Assembly (NCBI GenBank): GCA_047967505.1
Contig: CM106538.1
Length of the DNA stretch: 64,000 nt
Source of the DNA: Dipteris shenzhenensis
Taxonomy: Eukaryota
Strand: one strand, 5' to 3'
A program made the position numbers and the translations under genes. Below are positions 52,175-64,000 of this stretch, one piece after another. How positions within the stretch are numbered: the first letter of the stretch is position 1; every line of letters begins with the position of its first letter. Under the pieces are notes generated by a model. It was not told the DNA's origin. It did no database searches and worked only from the letters and a program-made list of their open reading frames with translations.

Positions 52175-53614
52175 TCCCTTGTCTTCCGTTGAGACATTGA
52201 GTTTCTTGAGAGTGTGAGAGAGATTGTGAGATTGAGAGTTCTCTTGAGTGATTGTGAGATCCTTCCCTTCACTTCCGTCGAGAGAAATTTTTTGTTCATG
52301 TGAGAGATTTTTCCGTTCATATTTTCGTTCATTGCTTGAGTGCTTATGATAGTTTCAAGTGAGAAAGAGAGATAGATTTCATTCTTGTAAGTGTGAGATT
52401 GTATCGAAATTCTTCTAGTGGAAGAATTCTGTTTCCGTTCACTCCTTCACTGAGAGAGATATAGGAGAGATCTATTCTTTTGAGAGAAAAAGAATCGAGT
52501 GAGAGACTTTTTTTGTGTGAGAAATTATGTGAGATAAGGAGCCGACTCCTATCTTGATGCACAAGCAACGCTTGGACGACCTCAACAACTGGCTCCAGTC
52601 GACGTAGCTGCATCTTCAACGCAAGCAGGCTACTCCATACGATCTTTTACAGCCTTTCTTCTGCAGCAGGCTTTGCGCAACCCCATGAAGCAAGCCTTGC
52701 GCACGCTTTGCCACTGTTGAAGAGGTAACTGGAAGCCGTAGGCTTTGTCTCGAAGCATGCTGTGTGCATTGTCATAGTTGCTGCATGCAGGGCTAGAGTC
52801 GTGAGCCGAGAGGATAGACTTTCTCGACAGTCTAAGCTTGCAAATGAACTCCAAGCTCCGCCAACGAGCCCCTCGCAAGCCATTCGCCTCTATTCGCCTC
52901 TCCGCCAGAGCCCGTGCAGCTACTCGACCAACGAGCAGCTACAACTAAGGCGACCCTTGCAGTCGCCATCTACCTCCATGCCTTCAAGCTCACAGGCTCC
53001 CAAGCTCCAAAGCAAAGCTCCTTACTCAATACTAGCTCCTCCATCAACGTAACCGACCGACGAATGAGCAGCAGCAGTGGCGACTCCAACTGGCGACTCC
53101 AACTGGCGACTCCAACACCTTCCCTTGCGACTCCAATAGCGCAACCAGTTCTTGATGCACGTGACAGCGGCTCCAGTGTCTGGCGTTTAAAAAAAAAAAA
53201 AAAAAAACACGGATATGAGACCCTCAAGCGGCCTGCTGGATGCCGCGATGAAGTGCAGAGAGTGCGTGTGTAGGTTCCCTTGAGCTTGGAAGAGAGAACC
53301 GCTGGAGAGCCCATGAACCTGGAACTACCAGCTGCAGCTGAAGATTCCCCATGAGAGCGGACAGATACGGAAGACTCTAGTCGATGCAGAGGCGATTCGG
53401 CCGCGGAGGAGCCGAGTTTGACAATCCTGGGAAGATCCAAACTCCCATTTGGAAAATCCACAGAAAGCCTTTCGTAAGAGGAGGTCACAGGTTGGGAGAA
53501 GGCATCCCAGCGGCGGCTTCTCCAACGACCAGTTTTCTCAACAAACGATCGTAGAAGACGACGGAATCCCGAGATTCCGTCGGCATCTCCAAAGATTCCG
53601 ATCGTCCTCCTTGT

Positions 53615-53890
53615 GACACGTGGCCCTTATCCATCTGCCACGTCATCAGCCAATCCTATCTGCCACGTCAGCACCGACTGCCACGTCATCACCGACTGCC
53701 ACGTCACCTGCCACGTCATCAGGCCACGTCATCTGCCACGTCATCAGGCCACGTCATCTGCCACGTCATTTGCCACGTCACTTGTGCCACGTCATCAGGC
53801 CACGTCATCTGCCACGTCATCTGGCCACGTCATCTGGCCACGTCATCTGTGCCACGTCATCTGTGCCACGTCATCAGTGCCACGTCATCA
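53615..53890 (+). promoter_or_regulatory. Tandem array of 18 GCCACGTCA bZIP-type sites plus one GACACGTGGC G-box
   Basis: Counted directly, mostly 12-14 bp spacing; regulatory function is inferred. Confidence 0.8.
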
Positions 53891-54779
53891 GTGACACCTC
53901 AGCACTGCCACCTCAGCACAGAGCTTCACTGGCACACCTCTTGCTAAGCACAGTGCCACATCATCACTGCATGTGACTCACAGTGACACATCATCATTGA
54001 GCACCATTTGCACTCCTTTTGCCCCTCCACCTAGATCAAGTCATATCTCTTGATCCAGGAAGAATTTGAGGGTGCTCCAAAAAGGAAAGTCGCTCGATTT
54101 TTCGTGCTCTACGCGCTCGTTACATCACGCGCACATTTTGGCGCAAGTTACACTCACATTTAAGCCTCGCCGACAAAACCACTTCCTTCACGCACATTTG
54201 CCTCTACATCGACGCATCTGACCCAGCACTTAAAAAGAACAAAGGAAAAGGAATTATTTGCTGTTCTTTCATCGATCGACGGTTGGTTTAGATCTAGATC
54301 AGAGTAGACTAGATCGCCATAGAGGGGACGCTTTGAATTCCCCAAGTTGCCAATCTAAGCCATGCCCGAAATTCCCGACTAGTACCTACTCGGAGTCAGT
54401 CCATACGCTCACATCCGATTTCACATCATTGCATTACCTGAAACCATACGTTCATCAGTTCAGTGAGCAGACTTCAGAGTTCAGAGGCATTGCAGATTGA
54501 TTCAGTGGGCAGATAGCACTTGATTTCACACACACATGCCACCATTGTAAAGCCTATTTGGCTATCTCACGGCATCGTGCACATCATTTTTTCAGCCTTG
54601 TAAAGCCTCTTGGCTATTCCCGGCATCATTGCCACAAGCCTTGTAACACAGGTCAGATCTTATTTACTGCAGTTCTATCTTCACCGACGGTACAGAGATT
54701 TCACTTGGCATCTTCAGTGTATTTGCAGTTGATTCATACAGAGTTTTCCAGGACACTTTTTGAGTACATTGTTTGCACC

Positions 54780-57700
54780 ACGTCGACTAGCAACCTCAAT
54801 TTGGAGGCATCTGCTAAGTTAGACAACTCCAATTACGGTACATGGAAATACCGAATGGAGACCATTCTTGTGCTTCAGGACAAATGGGAGTATGTTGATG
54901 GTTCCATACCTAGACCATTGGCCGATCCAGCCACGAGTAGCTCTACTCCATCTGTTGTCACAGCACCAGCAACGGGATCTACATCGGGATCTACATCTAC
55001 ACAAACAGTTTCCGCACCAGTAGCAGATCCTGCCATTGCCCGAGCTCAAGCAGAATGGGATAAGAAAGATAAGTATGCCTATCACCTGATCAAGCAGAAT
55101 GTGCAAGATGTCATGCTAGGACAGCTCAACACAGTCAAGACATCAAAAGAAGCATGGGATATGTTCGCAGCTCTCTATGAGTCCAAGAACACATCCAGGA
55201 TTCTCACCTTGAGAAACCAGATCAACCAGAGTTTCCGCAACAGCAGTGAAACCGGTCATGCTTATGTACTCCGCATCAAAGACTACAACAATCAACTTGC
55301 AGCAGCAGGAGAGACTATGAATCCCGCAGAAATGGTTCAAGTAATCCTGAATGGACTAGGAGAAGGATATGAGAATCTGGTCTAGAGTATTGCCATCCAA
55401 CGGCAAATTCCAACACTGGAAGAACTTCAGTCAGTTCTACTTGGTGAAGAACTCAGGACTCAGGCCATTCAAGCACGTAAAGGTCATTCTAATGATCAGG
55501 CATTCACAGCTTCAGACAGAAGCAGAGGCAAAGGCAGAAACAGAGGTAGATCATATCAGAAAAGTGGTCAAAATCAAAGTCAGAATCAGCATCAGCATCA
55601 GCAGCATCCTCGGCAACATCAAAATCAGCAAAGAGGAAATCATTCCAACCGAGGAAGATTCCAAGGACGAGGGAATGCATCCACCAATGTGTCAAACATT
55701 CAATGCAACTATTGTCACAAGTTTGGACACTATGAAAGAGATTGCCGCAAGAAGCAGTATGACCAAGGCGGTCAATCCAGCAATAATCGAGGGAATTCCC
55801 GAGGAAGAGGAAATCATCGTGGTGGACATTCTAGTCATAGTCATTTTGCAAATGAACATGGAAATATGTTTCTTGCAAGTGAGGAATTGCATCAGACTGA
55901 TACAATGCACCAAGACACTGATTTCAATCCCAAAGAGGATTTCAGCTATCAAGTCGACCAAGTGGAACAGGATCCTTGGTACATCGACAGCGGTGCGTCA
56001 TCTCATATGACAAATCATCAGGAATGGTTCACAGAAATGAAGCCATTAGAAGGTCAAAAGAATGTCATCTATACAACAGACAATACACCGAATCCGGTTC
56101 AAGGGACAGGTGTTATCCCTATGAACAATTTCACTGGTACAAAAGGATTAGTCAAAGATGTGCTCTATGTTCCGAAGCTCAGTAAGAACCTTTTGTCAGT
56201 AGGTCAAATGACGGAACACAACTACAAAGTCATCTTCGACGGTGATGAATGCACTATCAGAGACAAATCCAAAAGAGGTCAGCTAGTAGCAAAAGGTGTC
56301 AAGGAAGGACGCTTATACAGGATGCTAGCTACAGTACCAGATAAGCATGCCATGTCAGCTCAAATGCAACAGATGCCACTATCTGCAAAATGGCACAAGA
56401 GATATGGTCATGTCAACTTCAAGTACTTGTTAGATCTAAGGAATCAAAATATGGCAATTGGGATTCCGAAGCTACAGTTTCTTGGAAAGGTTTGTGAAGC
56501 ATGCTGCTTCGGCAAACAAAAGCGAACCAACTTTGTCAGAAGTACCTCTCGTGCACGAGGTATTCTTGATTTAATTCATACAGATGTATGGGGTTATGCC
56601 CAGACCCGCAGCATCAATGGTTCACTTTATTACTTGACCTTCATCGACGACTACAGCAGATATTGTTGGGTCTACTTTCTGAAAGAAAAATCTGAAGTGT
56701 TTGCCAGATTTCAAGAATTTAAAGCCATGGTAGAGAACCAAACAGGCAGAAAGATCAAGGTCATGAGATCAGACAGAGGAGGTGAATACATGTCTTCAGC
56801 CTTCATGAACTTTTGCAAGACTCACGGCATTCGAAGACAATTCACATGTGCAGATACTCCTCAACAAAATGCAATAGCTGAAAGGAAGAATGGGACTTTA
56901 GCAGACAGTGCTAGAGCAATGCTTAGTGAAAAGCATCTTCCAAATCAGTATTGGGCAGAAGCAATAGCTACAGCTAACTACTTGCTTAATCGGCTTCCTA
57001 CTGAACCGATACAAGGTATGACTCCTTATGAAGCATTCACTGGACACAAGCCACGCATTGGGCATCTCCGCATATTTGGTTGCATAGCATATGCCCACAT
57101 ACATGATGATCATCGCAGGAAATTGGATGCGAAGTCACGCAAATGCATCATGGTTGGCTACAGTGAAGAAAGTAAAGCATACAAATTGTATGATCCCATC
57201 AACCGCAAAGTCATTATATCCAGAGATGTAATCTTCGATGAGGAATCAGAATGGAAAACCTCACCTACACAGGAGATAGAAGCATCGACTTCACAGTTAT
57301 CTACATAACAGGTTGATGAAGAAGAGCAAGAATTGCCAGCAACACCCCAATCAGCGCCACAGCAGCTCAGACGGTCTACTAGGGAAAGCAGACCACCAGC
57401 CAGATTGACATATGCTCAGAAAGGCAAAGCAATTCAGGTGGAAACCACCAACTATGCTCTTATGACTACCATCATGGCTACAGAAGAGCCAGTGTACTTC
57501 GAAGACGCAGTAGATAAGCCAGAATGGCAAACTGCAATGAATGAAGAAATGGATGCTTTGTATAAAAATAACACTTGGGAATTATGCGACCTTCCACCAG
57601 GAAAGAAGGCCATAGCCAACAAATGGGTATACAAAGTGAAGAGTACAATCCAGATGGCAGTATTCAGAGATACAAAGCCAGATTAGTTGCAAAAGGATTT

Positions 57701-59038
57701 GCACAACAATATGGCCAAGATTATGATGAGACTTATGCTCCAGTAGCAAAGATGGATTCCATACGGTTCTTGATATCACTAGCGACACTCAGTAAATGGA
57801 ATGTGTATCAGCTCGATGTCAAGAATGCATTTCTCAATGGTTACCTAGACGAGGAAGTCTACATGCAACAACCAGCCGGTTATGTTGAACCAGGAAAAGA
57901 GAACAAGGTTTGCCATCTCAAGAAAAGTCTCTACGGCTTAAAGCAAGCACCCAGAAGTTGGTACAGCAGAATTGACAAGTATTTTGCTGATCTGGGATAC
58001 ATAAAGTCCAATGCAGATCATACTCTCTACTACAAAGTTCAAGGGGAAGATATTACTATTGCACTTTTGTACGTAGATGATCTGATTGTGACAGGAAGCA
58101 AGGATCGCTTCATCAGACAACTAAAACAAGACTTATCTGCAGAGTTCGACATGAAAGATCTTGGACTTATGCACTATTGTCTTGGAATTGAGTTCTGGAG
58201 AGATTCAGATAGCACATTCATGAGTCAGCTCAAGTATGTTGACAGTCTCCTGAAGAAGTTTCATATGGCAGATTGCAAGATTGCAGCCACTCCCATGGAA
58301 CAGAGTTTGAAACTTACTAAAGATTCGAAAAAGCCTACAGTCAATGACAGATACTACAGGCAACTCATTGGATCTCTTATATATCTGACAATCACACGGC
58401 CAGATATTTGTTATGCAGTAAGCTCACTAGCACAGTTTATGGCAAATCCAAAACAGTCTCACTGGAATGCAGCCAAAAGAGTCTTGAGATACATCAGAGG
58501 TACAAGACAATTTGGGATAGAATACAGAGGAAGTCATCCACGGTTGCATGGATATTGTGACAGTGACTATGCTGGAGATCATGAGACCAGGAGATCGACA
58601 CAGGGATATGCATTTTTCCTTGGTCAAGGTGCTATATCATGGTTGTCAAACAAACAGCCAACTGTTTCTTTGTCTTCGACTGAAGCAGAATATAGAGCAC
58701 TCACTACAGGTGCATGTGAGGCTATATGGCTCAGAAGACTATTGTCAGAAACAGATTACTTTGATGAGTCAAAGCCAACAACAATATACTGTGATAATCA
58801 ATCGGCTCAAGCATTGGCCAAAAATCCAGTATATCACTCCAGGACAAAGCACATTGATGTCAGAGAGCACTTCATCAGAGAAAGAGTGTTACTTGGTGAC
58901 ATCACACTGCAGCATTGTGATAGCAAAGAAAATGTTGCAGACATCTTCACCAAACCACTCGGTAAAGAGCTATTCGAGAAACACCGACTAGCTCTTGGTT
59001 TGATGCAGAGGAAGGACATTCCCATTAAAGGGGTGTGA
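54780..59038 (+). pseudogene. pol: Copia gag-pol polyprotein with ACG at the expected start, two in-frame stops and one frameshift
   Basis: KLDNSNYGTWKYRM, CNYCHKFGHYERDC, WYIDSGASSHM, RSDRGGEY, YKARLVAKGF, YVDDLI, YCDNQSA; TAG 55383-55385, TAA 57306-57308, frameshift at about 57640. Confidence 0.96.
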
Positions 59039-59117
59039 TGGAATGTAATGCTCAGTCCTTCTTCGATTCCCCAGAATCATCATCTTGAGGGAAGGCCTAC
59101 TTCATGATGTTGATCTT

Positions 59118-59126
59118 GAGGGAAGG
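59118..59126 (+). promoter_or_regulatory. Polypurine tract
   Basis: GAGGGAAGG abutting the 3' LTR. Confidence 0.9.
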
Positions 59127-59383
59127 TGTTGAGAGTTCACGCTCAACATCATGTGATCATGTGTGCATAGCACCATCACGTGATCATATGTGCATAGCAC
59201 TAACCTTATAGAGTGCTATAAAGGAAAGGGTTAGATCCCCTAACCCTAACCCTAAAAGGGTTTGTATATATTCTATTTTTTCAACTAATTCTAGTGTACA
59301 GTTAGTCATTTGTGGTGTGCTCTCTAGCTGTGCCCTCTCTCCTCATCTCCACTCTTCTCCTCTCCCCTCTTCATATTTTGTCA
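59127..59383 (+). repeat. 3' LTR
   Basis: Repeat of 51906-52162. Confidence 0.98.
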
Positions 59384-60139
59384 AGATGCTATTAATGAAG
59401 GTATGGAAGATCCTAGGCAAGCCATGGACCTGACCTTTCTCAAAGCAATGGATTTGCAACTTGATGGGATCCAATATGAGAGTATTTCTCTTTAAAACCA
59501 TGTAAGATGAGGACAAGGAAGTACAATGTTGCGACAATAACATCTTTCAACTCCCCATAAAAGAAGACTATAAGGGCTTGGGAAGTAGTAAGGAAGAGGA
59601 TCAGCAAAAAAGAATAAAATGCAAGTTAGATGAAGAAGATGAGTGTAATGAAATATCTAGAGTACAATCACCAAAAATATTATGCTCTTTATACAGAGAA
59701 AATTACCATCCTCTTCAAAGAAGATGGCTTATAAGGTAATAGATCAAGTGCTACATGAGCCATGCATCACAAGGTACATATCATGCAAAATCCAAGCACA
59801 ACACTTCATTAACCTATAAAATAATCAATGCAAATCCTAAAGAATTCCCAAATCTAGCAGTGAATATTTTGTGAAAAGTACTCTTACTTGTTCATTTTGC
59901 CCCAAGATATACTATCATGCAATAAAGTTGGAGAGAAGCTTCCATTGGATCTATGCAAATGTTAGGCTCCAAGGAGCATTTTTGATGGGGAAATGAAGGA
60001 ACTTCTTATCAAGTTCTAGAGAGGACAACACCCGCATCTCTCCAAACAAAAAGGATATATGTCGGCAATGTGTTGATCAAAAGAAAACATTGATCATCCA
60101 ACTCACTATCTTGAGGATTCGCTAGGAAATTAATTCATC

Positions 60140-61330
60140 TCTATATTGTGCTCATATCCACAGAGTATTGTGCTTTCAAAATTCCTCACATGCTTTTGTG
60201 TGCTTTTTATTCTGCTTTCCAATAGTCCTTATGCACTTACACGTGCTTTCTATTGTGCTTTCGAATAGTATTATGTGCTATCACTCCTCATGTGCTTTCA
60301 AATAGTATTATGTGGTGCTATCACTCCTCATGTGCTTTCTATTGTGCTTTCAAACAATATCATGTGCTATCACTCATGCGTTGATATGTGCTTTCAAAAA
60401 ATCCTCATGTGCCTATATGTACTTGAAACAATCTTCTATGCTTATATGTTCTTTTCATGGTTCTTTCCAAAAATCCTAATGTGCTTATATCTTCTTTTAA
60501 ATGGTCTTCTATACTTATCTCTTATGTGCTTTCTATTGTGCTTTTATGTGCTCTCTATTGTGCTTTCCATTGTGCTGCTATGTGCTTTCTATTGTGCATT
60601 TATATGCTTGTATGTTGTGCTTTTATGTGCTACTATATGCATTTTGCTTTGTTTCTATGTGATTCCATGTGCTTTACGTTTTTGTGCATTCTATTGTGCT
60701 TTCTATCTAGCTTTCATGTGCCTCAACGTGCTTCTATGTGCTTTGTATTATGCTTTTATTTGCTCTCTTTAGTCCTTATGTGCTTTCTATTGTGATTTAA
60801 TGTGCTTTCTATTTAGCTTTTGTGTGCTTTCTATGTGCTTTGATTTGCTTCTATTTTCTTTAATGTGCTTCTATGTGCTTTTATGTGCTCTCTTTAGAGC
60901 TTTTAAGCAGTCCTTATGTGTTTCCATGTACTTTTACATGCTTTCTATTTGCTTTAATGTGCTTTACATTGGGCTTTTATGTGGTTTCTATTGTGTGTCT
61001 ATGTGCTTTCCATTGTGCTTTTATGTGCTCCCTTTTGGTACTTTTAAGTAGTACTCATGTGCTTTTATGTCTTTCTATTGTGCTTTTATGTGCTCTTATG
61101 TTATTTTATGTGCTTTTGTGTGCTTTAATGTGCTTTTTATTGTGCTTTTGTGTGCATTCTTTTTTTTTGTGTGCTTTATAATGTGCTTTTATGTGCTTGC
61201 ATGTGCTTTCATATGCTTTCTATTGTGCTTTATGTGCTTTCTATTATGCTTCTATGTGCTTTCTATTGTGATTTTGTGTGCTCTCTTTAGTGCTTTGATG
61301 TAGTCCTAATGTGCTTTCAGAATTCCTCAT
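60140..61330. repeat. Degenerate low-complexity array of (A/T)TGTGCTTT units
   Basis: Dozens of TGTGCTTT(T/C) motifs at roughly 10-12 bp spacing. Confidence 0.9.
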
Positions 61331-61408
61331 GCATAGTTTAAATTGTAGACATAATTCTTCTTAAAGTTTATATTAATGTCCTATCAATGTATCCTAATGT
61401 CTTTATAG

Positions 61409-62520
61409 GGCAACATAGTTTTGAGAATTTCAAACTATATTTTCTACAGAAGCTAAAGGACAAGAATACTTTATGCTGCATTCAACATGTGCAAATGATG
61501 TACTTTAAAGATGCCATAAACCATCTTTGGGCTCTGTCATTTGGTGTGCATAGAGCAACATGTGTTGGTTCTGGGAATTTTTGCTTCTCTGATAGAGATA
61601 AAGGTAAATGTGCAGCTTTTGATCACATTTTTAATTGTGTCACAAATATTTGGGAGTCATGTCTCTAAAAGAAACCAACAAATGCACCATTGGATTAGTT
61701 GAAATGCCTCATGGGACAAGGTAAAGAATTCAATATTGTTAGAGAAAGTCTAATATGCACACTTGAAGTGGCAAATATGGGACTTCTCAATGTGCAATTT
61801 TTTTAGGATCTTGTGAGAACAAGACTAGATCAAGAAAATAATAAAAGAGAAAGGTTTTGTCTCATAAATAGGTGGAAGTTGTGGACTATGACAAAGAAAC
61901 ACACAACAAAATTCATCACCCACATTTTTATTTACAAATGGCATGCATCCCAATGCAAGGAGTGTTTGACAAATTTCCCAGAAGATGTCATAGTGTTGGT
62001 CATTGACTTTGCTAAAAATTACTCCTTCAAATTGCAAAATGAGATCCAGTAAATGAATTAGCACACATAACAATGCACTATCTTGGTACATATCACCTAT
62101 TGACACAACCAGGATGACAACTCCTTGATAATGAAGATGAAGTCCTATATTTTTTATGACACGATCATGATACACTCTTTATGCAACATTGTTTTCTAAG
62201 TCATTAAAAATAGTTTAGAAGATGAAGGCCTGTAGCTTAAAAGACATTGGGTATGGTCTAATGGGTGGAAAGGTCAATTCAAGTTAGCTAGGCCATTTTA
62301 CTTTGTTGGAAGGTTTTATGCCCTCACAAACTTGAAGATGACACATAACTTTTTAGCCTTTGGACATGGAAAAAGTAAGCATGATGGTGCAAGTGTAGTC
62401 ATAAAAAGAGCCCTCATGCAAGAACAGCTCAAGGCCAATGGTGTTGTGTTGAAGAGGCCTGTGATGTTGTTTCTTTTCTTAGGGATGCACTCACTAATGT
62501 TGCTAGAACTACCTTCAACA
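61409..62520 (+). pseudogene. Decayed DDE transposase, Sola2-like by motif recall
   Basis: VIDFAKNYSFKLQNEIQ, WVWSNG..GQFK, FGHGKSKHDGASVVIK in the expected order. Confidence 0.6.
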
Positions 62521-63315
62521 AGAATAGGGGAAAAATAATTAACACTTATTTCATTAATTTTGGACTCATATGTCTACTTTTGGACTATTCCTTAAAATCC
62601 TTCCCAACTGAAAAGTTTACTTTATGAAACTGTCATTCGAGAATCAAAAGTTTACTTTCTGGCACTATCATTTTCACATAAGACATTTCAAAATATCTCT
62701 CTACAATGTTGTACAAATAATGCAAAAACTACTATTAAATCCTAAATTTGTATTTCTTGTTTATAAGAATCATATTCTTAAAATAAAAAATCCGAGTTAT
62801 TAGTTTAAATCCATGAAAAACCATGCTATTGAGGATTCACAACATTTTAAAAATGTATACATAAGAGACCTGTAAGACTCTTTTTACTTTCAATGCAGAA
62901 AACTATAACACTCTTGAATATTCAAGAAATTAAAAGGTTTATATACACATGAGACATGATGGAAGCCTCTTTTGTACTCCAAAAAATAGCAATAGCTATG
63001 CTTGCAATTTTACATTATCATGTCATAAGTTTTACAACAAATATTGCTCTGGATGAGTCTTTGTACAAAGGATCTCCTGTGGCCTTTTCAATAATTTAAT
63101 TTTTCCTTTACAATGAGTTTAGTACAAATGGGCGATCCAAACATTTGCTTGTTTGAATGTCCTTTTCTATCATGATCATAGAAATGAGCGATCCAAACAT
63201 TTGCTTGTTCAAAATGTCCTTTCTGTCATCACTTGTCGCTTGGGTGCCATCTTCATTCACTCTCATCTGACAACCACCACCACCTTCACTCTTTCTCGAT
63301 ATTTGAATGGTGTTA

Positions 63316-64000
63316 TCATGGGCATTCTTCATTTGCGCTATCTCCTTCTACTTCCTCTCGGGCGAGCATCTTTGTGAACTCTGTAATGTGCGTAATAATT
63401 GGTTGCGGTAATTTTATTTTGTCTTCTACATCATACCCCATGTGCTTCTTTGTTTTCTTTGACCTTGATTTCCAGGATACTATGACTGTCTCTGTGGAAA
63501 GTCTTGAAATTGCTTCATGGTTTGGGACCCATTCCTTTTTCAAACAACTACTATACAATGTACTGTTATCTTGGTTCTCCTTCCTGCCCCTTGGCTCATA
63601 CCATACCACTGTAAATGTTGTAGCTCTCCCCCGGTCATCCATGCTCACGTCAACTACTTTCGCAACCCAAAACTTCACGTTCTCATGTTCATCATCCGAT
63701 GGTCGAACTGCAACAAAACAATGGACATCTATGTCTATTTGTCGCATAAACTCTCTCTTCTTGGGTCCACAATATGGACGTGGGAGCAACGATTTAAGCT
63801 CATTTTCAAAGAGACCACATGCTGGACGCAAGTCATTACCAACATTTGGCCAAAATAAAGGCCGTTCTGCCTTAATATCATCTTCTCGCATTTTTGCAAG
63901 GTCCTTTATCAATTGGTAGGTCTTGCTAATTACAACAGTAGTGTGTTCCTTCCAAGAGGGCTTCCAATCAGGAAATCTCCGGAGCATTTCCTCTTTGTAT
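63316..64000 (-). CDS. C-terminal part of an uninterrupted ORF entering from beyond the window; probable transposase-associated protein
   Basis: Frame open from the window edge for more than 225 codons; FVAVRP...FWVAKVV...FTVVWYEP beta-barrel-like motif. Confidence 0.6.
   Translation of the reverse strand, partial: YKEEMLRRFPDWKPSWKEHTTVVISKTYQLIKDLAKMREDDIKAERPLFWPNVGNDLRPACGLFENELKSLLPRPYCGPKKREFMRQIDIDVHCFVAVRPSDDEHENVKFWVAKVVDVSMDDRGRATTFTVVWYEPRGRKENQDNSTLYSSCLKKEWVPNHEAISRLSTETVIVSWKSRSKKTKKHMGYDVEDKIKLPQPIITHITEFTKMLAREEVEGDSANEECP

Larger units (their letters stand above)
51906..59383 (+). mobile_element. Full-length young Ty1/copia LTR retrotransposon with 2.6-kb leader
   Basis: 257-bp LTRs identical by eye, TSD AGATG (51901-51905, 59384-59388), PBS, PPT, gag-PR-IN-RT-RH. 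Confidence 0.98.

Noticed and set aside
52344-53525. Overlapping ORFs on both strands in the copia leader, including poly-Lys/poly-Phe
   Set aside because: Low complexity, driven by a GC-rich tract and an A19 run (53189-53207); no recognisable domain and no matching frame seen in the two older copies
53613-53976. ORFs rich in PRHL / ATSS / CHVI
   Set aside because: Translations of the GCCACGTCA array
55383-55385. Programmed readthrough stop in copia gag
   Set aside because: Lies mid-gag before the knuckle, lacks CARYYA context, and is explained by CAG to TAG
60275-61303. Cys/Phe/Leu-rich membrane-like ORFs
   Set aside because: Artefacts of the TGTGCTTT low-complexity repeat
63233-63919. 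228-aa plus-strand ORF
   Set aside because: Ser/Phe-rich antisense shadow of the minus-strand ORF at 63316-64000

Overview
Eukaryotic, transposon-saturated DNA, most likely from a large seed-free plant genome such as a fern (inference from the element families). No host gene, rRNA, tRNA or CRISPR array can be supported. Two structurally complete LTR retrotransposons are present: a Ty1/copia at 51906-59383 (257-bp LTRs identical by eye, TSD AGATG) and a chromodomain Ty3/gypsy at 22577-28705 (340-bp LTRs, about 4 mismatches, TSD GGGAA). The gypsy is nested in an older non-chromovirus gypsy (about 19600-35050). The rest is truncated copia, gypsy and LINE remnants, MITE-like elements, tandem repeats and two probable DDE transposase segments at the right end. 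Two signals stand out. First, the old gypsy carries a second retropepsin-like domain in frame after integrase, plus five Gag zinc knuckles and a decayed 3' extra ORF. Second, a short-LTR copia family (three copies of different ages) has a conserved 2.2-2.7 kb leader with an array of GCCACGTCA bZIP-type sites (18 intact copies in the young element) and telomere-like motifs in the LTR. All calls were made by eye; ends of decayed elements are approximate.
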